IMG/VR virus record: IMGVR_UViG_3300045970_000027
Location: 1-64,000 of that record
From: a virus
Strand: one strand, 5' to 3'
DNA length: 64,000 bases
Below are positions 47,914 to 57,704 of this stretch, in pieces (position 1 is the stretch's first letter; every line of letters starts with the position of its first letter). A model generated the notes under the pieces. The model was not told where the DNA came from. It saw only the letters and a list, made by a program, of their open reading frames with translations, and did no database searches. The translations under genes and the position numbers were made by a program.

Positions 47914-48447
47914 TCAGTCACGCTCCATCAGCCTCTCGATGAGCGTCTCGATGCGGGTCAACTCGTCTGCGACCTGCTGGACGATCTCCTGCCTCAACTG
48001 GATGAGGTCGTCCTTGGTCACCGAGGACTTGTCTGCCACCGTGTTAGGGATGATCGGGTTCTTGGACTGCGTGATGGGGAGAGTTGGCTGGCTGTAGACG
48101 GTGGTGTGGTTGGCGGCGGTGGTGTACCCCGAGGTTGAGTTGTTCCCCGACTGCGTATACGTGTACGTGGGGGTGTCGGTTAGCCAGTGGCTCCTCTGTG
48201 GGTGCGACGACTTGGGGGAAGGGGGGCCGATGTAGTTGGCCACCTGATCGCAGAGGTCGGAAAGTCGCTTGGACTGGTGGATCATCTCTACGGTGATGTA
48301 GGTACCCGTCATGTTCTCGGCTGCCGAGACCTCGACACAGCGCCTCTTGGTGTCTATGAAGGTGACATACCCCTTGCGGGCCATCTCCGAGCAGAAGTAC
48401 TTGACAAGGAGTTCCTCGGGGGACTCCGTACGGATGAACGGCTTCAC
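47914..48447 (-). CDS. Hypothetical protein
   Basis: ORF track. Confidence 0.6.
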   Translation of the reverse strand: MKPFIRTESPEELLVKYFCSEMARKGYVTFIDTKRRCVEVSAAENMTGTYITVEMIHQSKRLSDLCDQVANYIGPPSPKSSHPQRSHWLTDTPTYTYTQSGNNSTSGYTTAANHTTVYSQPTLPITQSKNPIIPNTVADKSSVTKDDLIQLRQEIVQQVADELTRIETLIERLMERD

Positions 48448-48683
48448 CGCTGTCTCCGCAGTCGGCCGATCTCAGACTCGATGTCGAGAACTGTGATCGC
48501 GGTATGCAGGCCTCCTACAAACTCACGGTCCTTGACGCGGAGGTAGGAGACGACCGTGTCGATGACGACGTCGGCCACTCTCTCGTAGTGATCTCTGTCC
48601 TCAGGAAGGCAGGATGACCAGTCTGTCATCTGTGCGCCATCTGCGATGTACAGGACTTCGGCAATTTCGTTGGAAAGACTCAT
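48444..48683 (-). CDS. Hypothetical protein
   Basis: GGGAG RBS + ATG 48683. Confidence 0.6.
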   Translation of the reverse strand: MSLSNEIAEVLYIADGAQMTDWSSCLPEDRDHYERVADVVIDTVVSYLRVKDREFVGGLHTAITVLDIESEIGRLRRQR

Positions 48684-49990
48684 GATTCTCCCTGATCTGT
48701 AGCATCGAGTACCAGCCCATGGTACTGGGTCGGCAATGACGGTGTCCAGTGGCTCGCCGTAGCGCATCCCGTGCATGTGGTCTGGTCGATGTCGTCATCG
48801 TGGAAGCAGCCGGTATCCCAGCGCCAGACAAGAGTGACGGCCTCCTTGCCGCAGTGACGGCTCTCCTCGACCCGTAGTTCTCGGTGCTCCTCATCCCCGT
48901 CAATCGGCTGCAGAGCCAGAATGACGTCAGAGTCCTGAAAGAAGGAGGATGAGTAGCCGATGGAGTCGGCGGTCACCTTCCCGCCCTTCATCTTCCAGAG
49001 CAGGGTCTGCGTCGAGACGACGATGGGGATGTCGATACGGAGGGCGAGGTTCTTGAGTGACCGCGTGATGTTAGTCAGAGCCTGCGGCGTGTTCGACTCG
49101 TTCGTCTGCTCGTCCAGCATTAGGTAGACGCCGTCCACGAAGACCAGTTCGGGCTTTACCTTCTCGATCTTGGCGGCGAGCGCGGAGACCGTGATCCCCG
49201 ACTTGGCGTCGGAGAGCGTGAACTTGTTGGCCATCCCCATCGTGCGGGAGAGCATCGACTTGTAGTTGTTCTTCTCCCCCGCTGTCAGGTTCGCGCGCCG
49301 CATGCGCTGGAAGGAGATACGCGACCGCATGGCGTCATGCCGGATCTGCTGCTCGCTGTTCCTCATCTCAAACGACTGGAAGAGGATCGAGTGTCCGGCT
49401 TCGTGCATGTTGACGGCCATGGAGAGCGCCAACTGGCTCTTGCCAGTCTTCGGTGGCGCGATGATGGTGATCAACTGGCCACCACTCAGGCCTGCGGTCG
49501 CCTCGTCAATCTTCTTGAAGCCGGTAGGCAGCCCGAGTAGGCCACCACCGTGCGACTCCCGGTCCTCGTACTCCTTGAAGCGCTCCATCGGGTCTTTCTC
49601 AAGACTCATGTCGCTGGTGCCGGGAGTCGACTCGATATGGATCTCCGAGATCTGCTTCTCCAGCAGGACGATCACGGACTCATGGTCGTTGGTCGTCTGC
49701 AGTACCTCGATGGCAGCCTGCAGCGTGTCCTCGACGCGGACAGCGCGGCGGTGCTCAACGAACTTGTCGAGGATGTAGTCGAGGCTGTCCTCGACGTTCA
49801 GGAGGGCCAGCGTCGGGAACTCGGACTTCACCGAGACCGCAGTGGCGACCTCACCGTACTTGTTCCAGTGATCGACCGTCCACTTCCAGACCGCCTTGCA
49901 GTCGGGGTTCGTGAACCAGTCGGCTGTAACTCCAGCCTCCAGCAGGGATGTAATCGTCCTCTCCCTGATGGCCTTGCTGATTAAGCGCAA
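48680..49990 (-). CDS. dnaB: DnaB-like replicative helicase
   Basis: GLPTGF..ID..T.G, APPKTGKS, SFEM, VFVDG, LKNLA, QDSD. Confidence 0.9.
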   Translation of the reverse strand: MRLISKAIRERTITSLLEAGVTADWFTNPDCKAVWKWTVDHWNKYGEVATAVSVKSEFPTLALLNVEDSLDYILDKFVEHRRAVRVEDTLQAAIEVLQTTNDHESVIVLLEKQISEIHIESTPGTSDMSLEKDPMERFKEYEDRESHGGGLLGLPTGFKKIDEATAGLSGGQLITIIAPPKTGKSQLALSMAVNMHEAGHSILFQSFEMRNSEQQIRHDAMRSRISFQRMRRANLTAGEKNNYKSMLSRTMGMANKFTLSDAKSGITVSALAAKIEKVKPELVFVDGVYLMLDEQTNESNTPQALTNITRSLKNLALRIDIPIVVSTQTLLWKMKGGKVTADSIGYSSSFFQDSDVILALQPIDGDEEHRELRVEESRHCGKEAVTLVWRWDTGCFHDDDIDQTTCTGCATASHWTPSLPTQYHGLVLDATDQGES

Positions 49991-50009
49991 CTCCCACTCA
50001 GCCGCGATG

Positions 50010-50429
50010 TCAGATCACCCTCTCTAGTGTCCCCTTGTCAATGCCCCTGCTGCCGTACATGAGTTGGCGCTCTGGGATGTCCAGAACACCAAGAACGTCT
50101 GGCCTCCAAGGGAGTTCGTCCAGCAACTCGGCGACGTCCATGAAGGATGTCGAGTAGTTGATGGGGTGTGATCCCCGGCGGTCGAGTTCGTCAAGCCTTC
50201 GGTCTGCCTCCGACTGGTCTACCCCGAAGTTGACGAGTTCGACGCGGAGTGGTGCGCGCTGAGTGTAGCGCCAAAGCCAGTTCAAGGCTACACGGTCGAA
50301 TACACGGCGTGTCGTAACGCCGGTCGTAACTCCGAGGAACTTGCGAGGGACTTCTTCGACTACAGTCAGAGCGTCGTACGTCACCATGAGTCGGCGAGGA
50401 CTCTCGTTGGAGATATCACCATGCTCCAT
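50010..50429 (-). CDS. Hypothetical protein
   Basis: Coupled ORF in replication operon. Confidence 0.7.
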   Translation of the reverse strand: MEHGDISNESPRRLMVTYDALTVVEEVPRKFLGVTTGVTTRRVFDRVALNWLWRYTQRAPLRVELVNFGVDQSEADRRLDELDRRGSHPINYSTSFMDVAELLDELPWRPDVLGVLDIPERQLMYGSRGIDKGTLERVI

Positions 50430-50719
50430 CAGATAACTTCAACCTTCCCGTACTTGACGACGAACTCGCGGAACTTGTCGGGCGTGCTCATCACGTCTTC
50501 GATGCTCTCGGCCTCGGCGGTCTCATGGACCATGAGCGGGTAGTTGCCATCGTTTCCGTCCATGCGGGCCTTGACGAACTTGAGATGGCGGCAGGACTTT
50601 CGGCCCTTGTAGGTCGGGCATGAGCACCGGACCTCTTGGCTATCGAGGTTGAGTTCGACCTCGTAGATAGCAGGCTGACGAGAGGACAGGAATACCTGAA
50701 GGATGCGCCAACCGGTCAT
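50429..50719 (-). CDS. SWIM zinc-finger protein
   Basis: CSCP......CRH. Confidence 0.75.
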   Translation of the reverse strand: MTGWRILQVFLSSRQPAIYEVELNLDSQEVRCSCPTYKGRKSCRHLKFVKARMDGNDGNYPLMVHETAEAESIEDVMSTPDKFREFVVKYGKVEVI

Positions 50720-50724
50720 GATGC

Positions 50725-51342
50725 TCACTCCTTTGTCCACGTTACCTCGGAGAAGGCCGACCGCATCTGGTAGTCGTCGGGTAGGCCCGAGAGGGAACGC
50801 GCAACTGGAGTCGAGATCACCGTGGGCAGGCCTCTGTCGTACCTGCGGCTCAGTACTCCTGAGATCAGGTTATCCGACCATCCGGATGCTGACTGGTGAT
50901 GCGTGCCGACGTCTTGGATCACCATGAGGTCTACCCAACGGTGGTCGCCCAGCCGCTCATCGGCGTTCGGGGACTCGGCCTCGACTAGGTCGTTCACCGT
51001 GAGGTAGAGCCCGCTCTTCGCCGCCCCCAAGACGAGCGCGGTCTGCAGGAGGGTGGCCGCGTAGAAGTGGCCACGGTCGTCGGGGGTGGTGAGCCATAGG
51101 CCCTTACCGACATGGTCGCGGATCTCGACGGCCTTGGCCGGGTCCTGTGTGACGATGAAGTTCCCCTGCATGAACATCTGGAAGTACGTCTTCAAGAAGT
51201 CCTTCGGGGTAGACGCCGCCATGGTCTTCTTGATCCTTGCCTCGTCTGCCCCACCCGCGTAGACGAACCTCGGCGGGATGTTCGCCTGTCGGACCAGTGA
51301 TACGACGCGAGCGTCTGTCGTGACTGCTACTTCTTGAACCAT
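50725..51342 (-). CDS. DnaC/IstB-like helicase-loader homolog with degenerate Walker motifs
   Basis: ANIP.RF, GKGL.L, DL.VIQDVG, RRY..GLPT.IST; GGAGG RBS. Confidence 0.65.
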   Translation of the reverse strand: MVQEVAVTTDARVVSLVRQANIPPRFVYAGGADEARIKKTMAASTPKDFLKTYFQMFMQGNFIVTQDPAKAVEIRDHVGKGLWLTTPDDRGHFYAATLLQTALVLGAAKSGLYLTVNDLVEAESPNADERLGDHRWVDLMVIQDVGTHHQSASGWSDNLISGVLSRRYDRGLPTVISTPVARSLSGLPDDYQMRSAFSEVTWTKE

Positions 51343-52202
51343 GAGACCTCCTGCTCCTGTAGGTGCTCGATGTACGCGGTAGACAGGCTGGCCTGCTTCC
51401 CGCGAAGAGTGTCGATGTTGCGCTGGATGTACGAGAGGAACAACTTGTAGGCCGGGAAGTCGTTGGAGATCTTGGCCGTCTCTCGGCTGTCGGCGAAGAA
51501 CTGGTCGAGCAGGGTGGCGCAGTCCTGAGGCGTGAGGCCTTCCTTCGCCCAGACCTTCAGCGCGAACATCAGGCTGTTGCCGCCAGTGTGGTTCCCCCGC
51601 AGGTTGGGTAGGTCGTGCCATGAGGCCGTTGTGGGCAGGTAGGCCTGAGAGACCCGCTGCCGGAAGTCGGCTACGACGTCGTCCATCGTCCACTGCTCGC
51701 GTGGGACGAGGTTGCGGAACTTCTGAGGCTTCTGCTTGACCGCCTTCGACTTCGGCTGAGGTCGCTCACCGATGAAGCCGACCCCGCCGATGTCATCCCC
51801 GTCGTCCTGCCACCGTGCCACGGTCGTCTCCTTGATCACTTCGATACCCTTGACGGGGGCAGCGCCCCCTACTACTGATTCTTTAGAATCAGTAGGAGCA
51901 TGACTAGTAGTCTGAGTAGTAGGTAGGTAGACCGAAGAGTTTCGCGCCATATCAGGCGCGACTCGCGCCACATTCGACTCATCTCGCGCCAGCACTTGGT
52001 ACGTCCCACGGACGATTACGGTCAGGATTCCGGCCTCAACGAGGGTGGAGATCACCCTCTGGGTAGCCCTCAGGGACATGCCGAAGTACTCGGCTACCTC
52101 AGCCGATCTGACGTTGAGAGGCTGGTCACCAGCCATGTCGAGCAGGATGTGCGCGACCTTGTAGGCGTCCCCCGGCAGTGCTGCCAGAGCAGGGTTGATC
52201 AT
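51327..52202 (-). CDS. HTH replication-initiator-like protein
   Basis: N-terminal wHTH (EVAEYFGMSLRATQRVISTLVEAG), S/T linker, upstream of loader and helicase. Confidence 0.6.
   Translation of the reverse strand: MINPALAALPGDAYKVAHILLDMAGDQPLNVRSAEVAEYFGMSLRATQRVISTLVEAGILTVIVRGTYQVLARDESNVARVAPDMARNSSVYLPTTQTTSHAPTDSKESVVGGAAPVKGIEVIKETTVARWQDDGDDIGGVGFIGERPQPKSKAVKQKPQKFRNLVPREQWTMDDVVADFRQRVSQAYLPTTASWHDLPNLRGNHTGGNSLMFALKVWAKEGLTPQDCATLLDQFFADSRETAKISNDFPAYKLFLSYIQRNIDTLRGKQASLSTAYIEHLQEQEVSWFKK
51872..51991. other. Candidate replication origin inside the initiator gene
   Basis: TCGCGCCA x3 at 21-bp spacing (51942, 51963, 51984); AT-rich 11-bp inverted repeat 51872-51895. Confidence 0.55.
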
Positions 52203-52249
52203 CTAGTAGTCCTTGTTGTGTCGTCTGTCGCGAGCGTTGCTTGTAGAGG

Positions 52250-52735
52250 TTACACCTTCTTGGCAGTCGAACGCGACCTACGGCGTGTCGTGAGTTCCGC
52301 GATCTCTGCGCGGACGGTCCGGAGGACGCGCTCGGTGACCGACTCGATGATGGCCTCGACGTCTACTTCCGGCTTCCCGATCTCCAGTTCCTTGAAGTCG
52401 TCTTCCATGTCGTAGACCGGGATGCCTCGGGCATTGAACCACTGGAGGTGGCGGTACATCTCGTCGGACTCGTCCCACGCCATGAAGACCATGTCGTCAA
52501 GTGACGCCATGATGGACATGCGGGTGTACGGGTCGGGGTCTTCAATGACCTCGGCGGCAGCCTCAAGTACATCGTCGCTAAGTTGAGCAATAACTCTTGT
52601 AATGACGATAACTGAAGCAGGAAGTTCGGGGATCCCACTAGTCAGACTCTCGTCAGACAAGACAATCTGGTTAAAGGAATCGGGCAAATAGGGCAGACCC
52701 GCCTCATCTAGTACTCCGTAGATGTAAAGCCTCAC
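52250..52735 (-). CDS. Hypothetical protein
   Basis: ORF track. Confidence 0.65.
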   Translation of the reverse strand: MRLYIYGVLDEAGLPYLPDSFNQIVLSDESLTSGIPELPASVIVITRVIAQLSDDVLEAAAEVIEDPDPYTRMSIMASLDDMVFMAWDESDEMYRHLQWFNARGIPVYDMEDDFKELEIGKPEVDVEAIIESVTERVLRTVRAEIAELTTRRRSRSTAKKV

Positions 52736-52765
52736 TATGGGTTCCTATACTTTTAGTGTTGTTAG

Positions 52766-53005
52766 TTACCGGACCCGTGCGACTACCGAGATAGCGCGGT
52801 CGATAAGTGAGATCACGCTGATCGTCGTGAACGACGCGGCGGCGGCGAAGATTGGGATGTCCCAGCCGGTGAAGCCGAACGCCCAGAGGCTGAGGGCTGA
52901 GACGACGAACGCGATGACCCCACGGTAGATCGAGAGGTACTGCCAGTAGTCGATTGCCGAGACTACGAAGCCTGCGGTGAGTGCTGCGATGAGAATCTGC
53001 TCCAT
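52766..53005 (-). CDS. Small multi-TM protein (holin-like)
   Basis: 79 aa, about three hydrophobic segments; leaderless phage-type promoter. Confidence 0.5.
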   Translation of the reverse strand: MEQILIAALTAGFVVSAIDYWQYLSIYRGVIAFVVSALSLWAFGFTGWDIPIFAAAASFTTISVISLIDRAISVVARVR

Positions 53006-53050
53006 GGTTCCAACCTTATGAACGTAGTCTTAGTCGGAAAGCGCTAAACC

Positions 53051-55063
53051 TCAGGAGTTCGCTGCGAGTGCGGTGACTGCGGCCCTGACCAGCGGGTCCT
53101 TGGAGTCCCAGAGCATGACTCTCCAGTCGACGCCGAGCGGGACGTAGTAGTCGAGGGTCTCGATCAGGCGTGCCAACTTGGTCGGTCGGCCGGGGTAGAG
53201 GATCGAGATCGACTTCGCGGCGACGTTAGACCAAGAGCCTTCGTTGCCCGTAGCATCGGCGACCGTCCCAGAGAAGAAGAGTGGGGAGTGGTCGGCCTGC
53301 TCGAAACAGATAGCGTCGAGGTTCACCGTCCCGGTACCAGTGAAGAGGACCTGCGCCTTGGCGGCTGTGGCCGGTGCCGTGAACGAGGACTCGTACCGCT
53401 GGAAGGTCGCCGTCAGCGCGGTGAGCGGGAGGGTCGACGTAGAGATCGTCACACCCCCACTCGTCTTCCAGACGATGCTGGCCGTACCTGTCGCCCCCAG
53501 ACCCTTAGCCCAGAGGGAGAGGGTGTACGGGACGAGTGGGGTTACCCCGACGTCGCCTTGACTAAGTGAGTACGCGGTAGTTCCCACAACACCGACGATC
53601 TTCCCGCAGCCTGTCCCGTAGACGTGAGACGTGCTGTCGATGGTGAGTGTCCCGGTGAGGGCTACCCAGTTCGCGAATGTCGCATCCTCAAACGAGGGGT
53701 CGTATATCAGGTTCACCCGTGCCGGGTCGCAGATGATGTTGACGGTCTGCGGGTCACGGTAGGCGAACACACCACCCACATAACTGGTGGTGCTAGTGAA
53801 CGACATCAGGTCGAGGTGGAGAGCATTGGTACTGGCACCCGTCAGCGTGATGGTCAACTTCGCGAAGGCGGCAGTGGCGGGGGCAACCGCCGTGTACGTG
53901 AGAGCGGCCCATGCTGCACTCGACGCCCGAGCGGTGTCGGTCGACGTCGAGACGGCGGCCCCGGTCTGGGTTAGCCACGTCACAGCCAGAGTTACAGTGG
54001 GAGTGCCTGAAACCCGCTTGTTGGGGACTTCGAACCTATACGTATGATTCCCTACAACAGGGATACACCGGAGTACGTCGGTGTTACTCGGGAGTGTGAT
54101 GACCTGTGATGCCGACGTAAGTGTGGCCAGTCCGACCCCGGCTTGGTTCCACGCCGAGGTAGACGACTCGTAGTTGTACAGACCTGACGGGTAGGTGACT
54201 GTCGTACCATTGACGACCGCCCTAGCCAGCGTCCCACCCGTGGTCGACCAGTTCCCGATGCTGGTCTCAAAGGAGGAGTCGTCCCTACTGAGGAACTTGT
54301 TCGGGCTGTCGGTGACGGTCGTCTGCCATCCGGTCAGGGCTTCGACGTAGGTGGCTATCCCGTTGAGGGTCCCCTTGTTCCGGTAGATGTACCCACCCTC
54401 GCGATGGAGTCTGGCAGAGGCGGCCGTCCCGATGGTGTACTCGGACGACATGCCGATGCCTTCGGCGTACGCGTTGTGCAGGCGGCGAATCGTCTGCTTC
54501 TCCCTCTTGTCGGGGAGGATCGAGTCGACTGCCGAGGCGAGTTCGTCGTACGTCAGCGTGAGCCCTGACAGGAAGCGGACGAGGTCGGAGTTCGGGTCGT
54601 GCGGAGTGATCGGGTTCCCGTCTGCAGACGTGTACACCGACGGGATCGCGTTGATCAGGTAGTCGGACGTCCCACGGTCGTACGGCAGGAGGACGGAGGT
54701 TGCCGCATCCTTGAACCACAGACCAGCCGAGTCCACCACAAACAGCGTGTAGTAGACCCATCCCGGTGTGAGCGGGACGTCGTTGTAGGTGATCGTGTCG
54801 GCGTAGTTGGTTACCCCGTCGGTGACGACGAACTCGGTAGCCGTGATGAGACCGGTGGAGACCGTGACCCCCGACATCGGGTGCTCGGCAGCACCGTTGT
54901 ACGTCCTGATCAGGTAGTACGTCTTCCCGACCTCAGCCGGGACACCGACGTTCACTTCGATCTTCGTGTAACTGATCGCTGTCGCGAGGAGGGTCGACCG
55001 CGTGATGCCCCGACCGCCGCCGTACTTGTAGTCGGAGTAACTGAACGTCCCATACCTAGCCAT
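53051..55063 (-). CDS. Baseplate/tail protein (P2 gpI-like segment + two carbohydrate-binding-like domains)
   Basis: YL...IP.VY, L.RFL, Y..KGT..GI...V.ALTG; two N.....SFE repeats. Confidence 0.75.
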   Translation of the reverse strand: MARYGTFSYSDYKYGGGRGITRSTLLATAISYTKIEVNVGVPAEVGKTYYLIRTYNGAAEHPMSGVTVSTGLITATEFVVTDGVTNYADTITYNDVPLTPGWVYYTLFVVDSAGLWFKDAATSVLLPYDRGTSDYLINAIPSVYTSADGNPITPHDPNSDLVRFLSGLTLTYDELASAVDSILPDKREKQTIRRLHNAYAEGIGMSSEYTIGTAASARLHREGGYIYRNKGTLNGIATYVEALTGWQTTVTDSPNKFLSRDDSSFETSIGNWSTTGGTLARAVVNGTTVTYPSGLYNYESSTSAWNQAGVGLATLTSASQVITLPSNTDVLRCIPVVGNHTYRFEVPNKRVSGTPTVTLAVTWLTQTGAAVSTSTDTARASSAAWAALTYTAVAPATAAFAKLTITLTGASTNALHLDLMSFTSTTSYVGGVFAYRDPQTVNIICDPARVNLIYDPSFEDATFANWVALTGTLTIDSTSHVYGTGCGKIVGVVGTTAYSLSQGDVGVTPLVPYTLSLWAKGLGATGTASIVWKTSGGVTISTSTLPLTALTATFQRYESSFTAPATAAKAQVLFTGTGTVNLDAICFEQADHSPLFFSGTVADATGNEGSWSNVAAKSISILYPGRPTKLARLIETLDYYVPLGVDWRVMLWDSKDPLVRAAVTALAANS

Positions 55064-55066
55064 GGA

Positions 55067-55606
55067 TTACCACTTGCCGATTGGGCAGGCCGCCCGTGCG
55101 AGGGACGTCTTCCACTTGGTCACACAGCCACACGCCGTGCAGATACCCAGTTTCAGGGATGGGCAGGGGGCGCAGATGTCAAGCCGGGACTGCTGGAGTT
55201 CGGCTGACGACTTCTCCTCGTTCGGGTTGAGGAGGTCCCACGGACGGACAGGCTTCGCAGTCGACACTGTGGTCGGTGAGGTGACCGTGATGAAGCCCTC
55301 CTCCTCCAGCATCACGAAGCCGTTGATGTGCGCGAACTTCGCCGTGTACTTCGTACGGCCGACTGGAATCCCCCACGTATCGGGTAGGTGGATCTCGGCA
55401 GTCATATTGGCGTCCCACTGACGGTTGACCAGAGTTACCTGAGTCCCGACCAAGAGACGATCAGACGTACCGTCGGGGTACTCAAGCAGGACGCTCGACT
55501 CGGGGAAGTCAAGCGTGAGACCATCACTCGTCGGGTAGAGACCGATGGGCGTCCACACGATGTCGAGCGGGTCGCCCTGCACCACTGCGTAGTGGTTCTT
55601 CTTCAT
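55067..55606 (-). CDS. Tail-associated protein with C-terminal 6-Cys domain
   Basis: RL.IC..CP.L..GIC..CGC....KT.L..A.CP.GKW. Confidence 0.65.
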   Translation of the reverse strand: MKKNHYAVVQGDPLDIVWTPIGLYPTSDGLTLDFPESSVLLEYPDGTSDRLLVGTQVTLVNRQWDANMTAEIHLPDTWGIPVGRTKYTAKFAHINGFVMLEEEGFITVTSPTTVSTAKPVRPWDLLNPNEEKSSAELQQSRLDICAPCPSLKLGICTACGCVTKWKTSLARAACPIGKW

Positions 55607-56202
55607 GAGACCTTCCACCATTCGTTTGTTCCTTGGGTATACCCACTGCCTTGCGGCGTGTAGTTGAGCGTGTAGTAGTTGTTGTAGTACCCCGCGTGGC
55701 AGACCCAGCCGCAGCAGTTGACTCCATCGCCGCAGCCGTTGAACGTCCCACAACCGCACTGCTGACCGGGAGGGCCGCAGTTGTCGAACGTCTGGTTCGT
55801 GCAGACGTAGTCACTGTGGTAGACGTCGTTGACGAGAGGCTGGTGGTCCATGTATGCCGCTGTCGACTGGGGCGCGTTGGACGCCCACCCTGCCGTGACA
55901 CTGAAGCGTGCGGTGGCCCCGGTGAGGGTGAACTGGTTGAGGGTCCCGTTCCACGTTGCCGTACCAGTACCGGTTAGGAGGGTCGGTGTGTAGACCGCGT
56001 TGGCTACCGGGTTGGTGACGCTGAAGACCAAGTTGCTGACGTACCCCGTGATGGGGGCGGTCGGCGGGATGCCGAGAGTGGTGACCCGCCAGACACCCGC
56101 CACCTTCTCGTAGACGGTCCCACCTGTATGCCAGACGCCACCGACCTTGGCGTAGACGTTTCCCGGCGTATGCCAGACGCCACCGACTTTGACGTAACTC
56201 AT
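55603..56202 (-). CDS. Tail fibre adhesin-like protein with Cys-rich tip
   Basis: Three Y.KV.GVW repeats at N-terminus; 8-Cys C-terminus. Confidence 0.7.
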   Translation of the reverse strand: MSYVKVGGVWHTPGNVYAKVGGVWHTGGTVYEKVAGVWRVTTLGIPPTAPITGYVSNLVFSVTNPVANAVYTPTLLTGTGTATWNGTLNQFTLTGATARFSVTAGWASNAPQSTAAYMDHQPLVNDVYHSDYVCTNQTFDNCGPPGQQCGCGTFNGCGDGVNCCGWVCHAGYYNNYYTLNYTPQGSGYTQGTNEWWKVS

Positions 56203-57293
56203 CAGACGTACACGATCCAGAGGTCTCCATCAGCCCCGGTCGCATTGGACGGAGCACCGGCAACGCTGGTGATCCAGACCTGACGTACGCCCGCGCTGAT
56301 GGCCGCAGTTGGGGATACGACGGTGACGGCACCCGTGAAGGTTGCTCCAGCCAGCGGTGCATATGTTCCAGAGAGGCCGGTGACCGCCGTCTGTGGGATG
56401 TTGGAGAGTGTGTTCAGCGAACCGTTGATCGTCTTGTTGGTCAGGGCCTGCGCGTCGGAGATGGTTGCTGCCTGCACACCCGCCTGCTGCAGTGTGGTCG
56501 CGTTGACTGTCCCACCACTGATCGTTGCACCAGTAGCCGTGAGGGTTCCTGTGAGCGTCCCTGCCGCGATGGCCGGTGCGGTCAGCGTCTTGTTAGTCAG
56601 GGTATCCGTGGTGGCCTTGCCTACGAGGGTATCTGTGGCTGCGGGGAGCGTGAGGGAAGTAGTCCCAGCAGCGGCTGTGGCCAGAAGTGTGGTCGTCCCT
56701 GATACCGAGCCGTTGAACTTCGCGCCCGTACCGCCGATGGTTGGCAGGGTCAGCGTCTTGTTGAGCAGGGTATCCGTGGTGGCTAGCCCTACCAGAGTGT
56801 CCGTGCTAGTAGGCAGCGTGAGGGTGGCTGCTCCCGCGTTGGTGAGGATAGTCGCGATCTTCGGCGCGGTCAGCGTCTTATTGGTCAACGTGTCGGTCGT
56901 CGCCTTGCCTACCAGCGTGTCGGCCGTTAAGGGGAACGTGACCGTGGCAGTTCCCGTGTTGGTCAAGACACTGTCGATCTTGGGGGTCGTCAGGGTCTTG
57001 TTGGTCAGGGTCTGCACCCCAGCCAGAGTCACCCCGGTAGACGCCGACGCCGTAGTGCTGCTCAGGAAGCCGAGGTTCGACTCGATGTTGGTCAGGCGCG
57101 CAGAGACCGACGCGTGTGTCGCCGGTACGGCCCAAGTGCTCCCCCATGCGGAAGAGAGGAGGCCAAGCCCGAGGGTGGACTGAGTCGCGTTGACCTCGTC
57201 CTGCAGGACGTTGACGTGGTCAGCCAGAACGGAGTCGACAAGGTCGGTCTTGGCGACGAAGACCTTCACCGAGGAAGGGAAGACTGCAGCCAT
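56202..57293 (-). CDS. Tail fibre protein
   Basis: TL(T/L)NKT x5 and DTLVG.ATTDTL x3; C-terminal G.DGDLWI. Confidence 0.8.
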   Translation of the reverse strand: MAAVFPSSVKVFVAKTDLVDSVLADHVNVLQDEVNATQSTLGLGLLSSAWGSTWAVPATHASVSARLTNIESNLGFLSSTTASASTGVTLAGVQTLTNKTLTTPKIDSVLTNTGTATVTFPLTADTLVGKATTDTLTNKTLTAPKIATILTNAGAATLTLPTSTDTLVGLATTDTLLNKTLTLPTIGGTGAKFNGSVSGTTTLLATAAAGTTSLTLPAATDTLVGKATTDTLTNKTLTAPAIAAGTLTGTLTATGATISGGTVNATTLQQAGVQAATISDAQALTNKTINGSLNTLSNIPQTAVTGLSGTYAPLAGATFTGAVTVVSPTAAISAGVRQVWITSVAGAPSNATGADGDLWIVYV

Positions 57294-57383
57294 CTGAACC
57301 GCCTAGTGGTCTGGGTATCTACCCCATTGTCGTGGACCGTTCACAGTGTGAAAGGGCTAAACCTCGGGGCTAGAAGGTCTCGC

Positions 57384-57704
57384 CTAAATGCCGTGCGCGG
57401 TGAGTCTCGCGAGGGCCGATGTCATCTGGGACTCCAAGGTCGTCAGACGGGTAATGAGGTTGTCGTACGCAGCGTCTCGCTTCACTGCTCCCAGCCAGAC
57501 TGGGTTGTCGTGGTCCCCCGCCTCAAAGAGGACCCAGACCTGCTGACCCGGCTTGGGTAGGACGACATACCCTGCCGGGACGACCGGCCAGACCCAGTCT
57601 GTTTCTGAGTCCCCCGATACTGCCGGGATGATGACCTTGATCCGGCCACTCGACGCGGGGTCACGCACGTCTCTGACTATGGCGCGGTAGACGCCAGACG
57701 TCAT
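57384..57704 (-). CDS. Baseplate spike OB-fold (gp5/gpV N-terminal-like)
   Basis: YRAIV...DP...GRIKV.IP, P..GQQVWV.FE.GD...PVW.G. Confidence 0.82.
   Translation of the reverse strand: MTSGVYRAIVRDVRDPASSGRIKVIIPAVSGDSETDWVWPVVPAGYVVLPKPGQQVWVLFEAGDHDNPVWLGAVKRDAAYDNLITRLTTLESQMTSALARLTAHGI

Noticed and set aside
55603-55800. Diversity-generating retroelement target
   Set aside because: AAC/TAC-rich tip, but I found no template repeat or reverse transcriptase in the window.
56300-57010. Non-coding tandem repeat in the tail region
   Set aside because: Fully explained by the protein-level TLTNKTL tail-fibre repeats.
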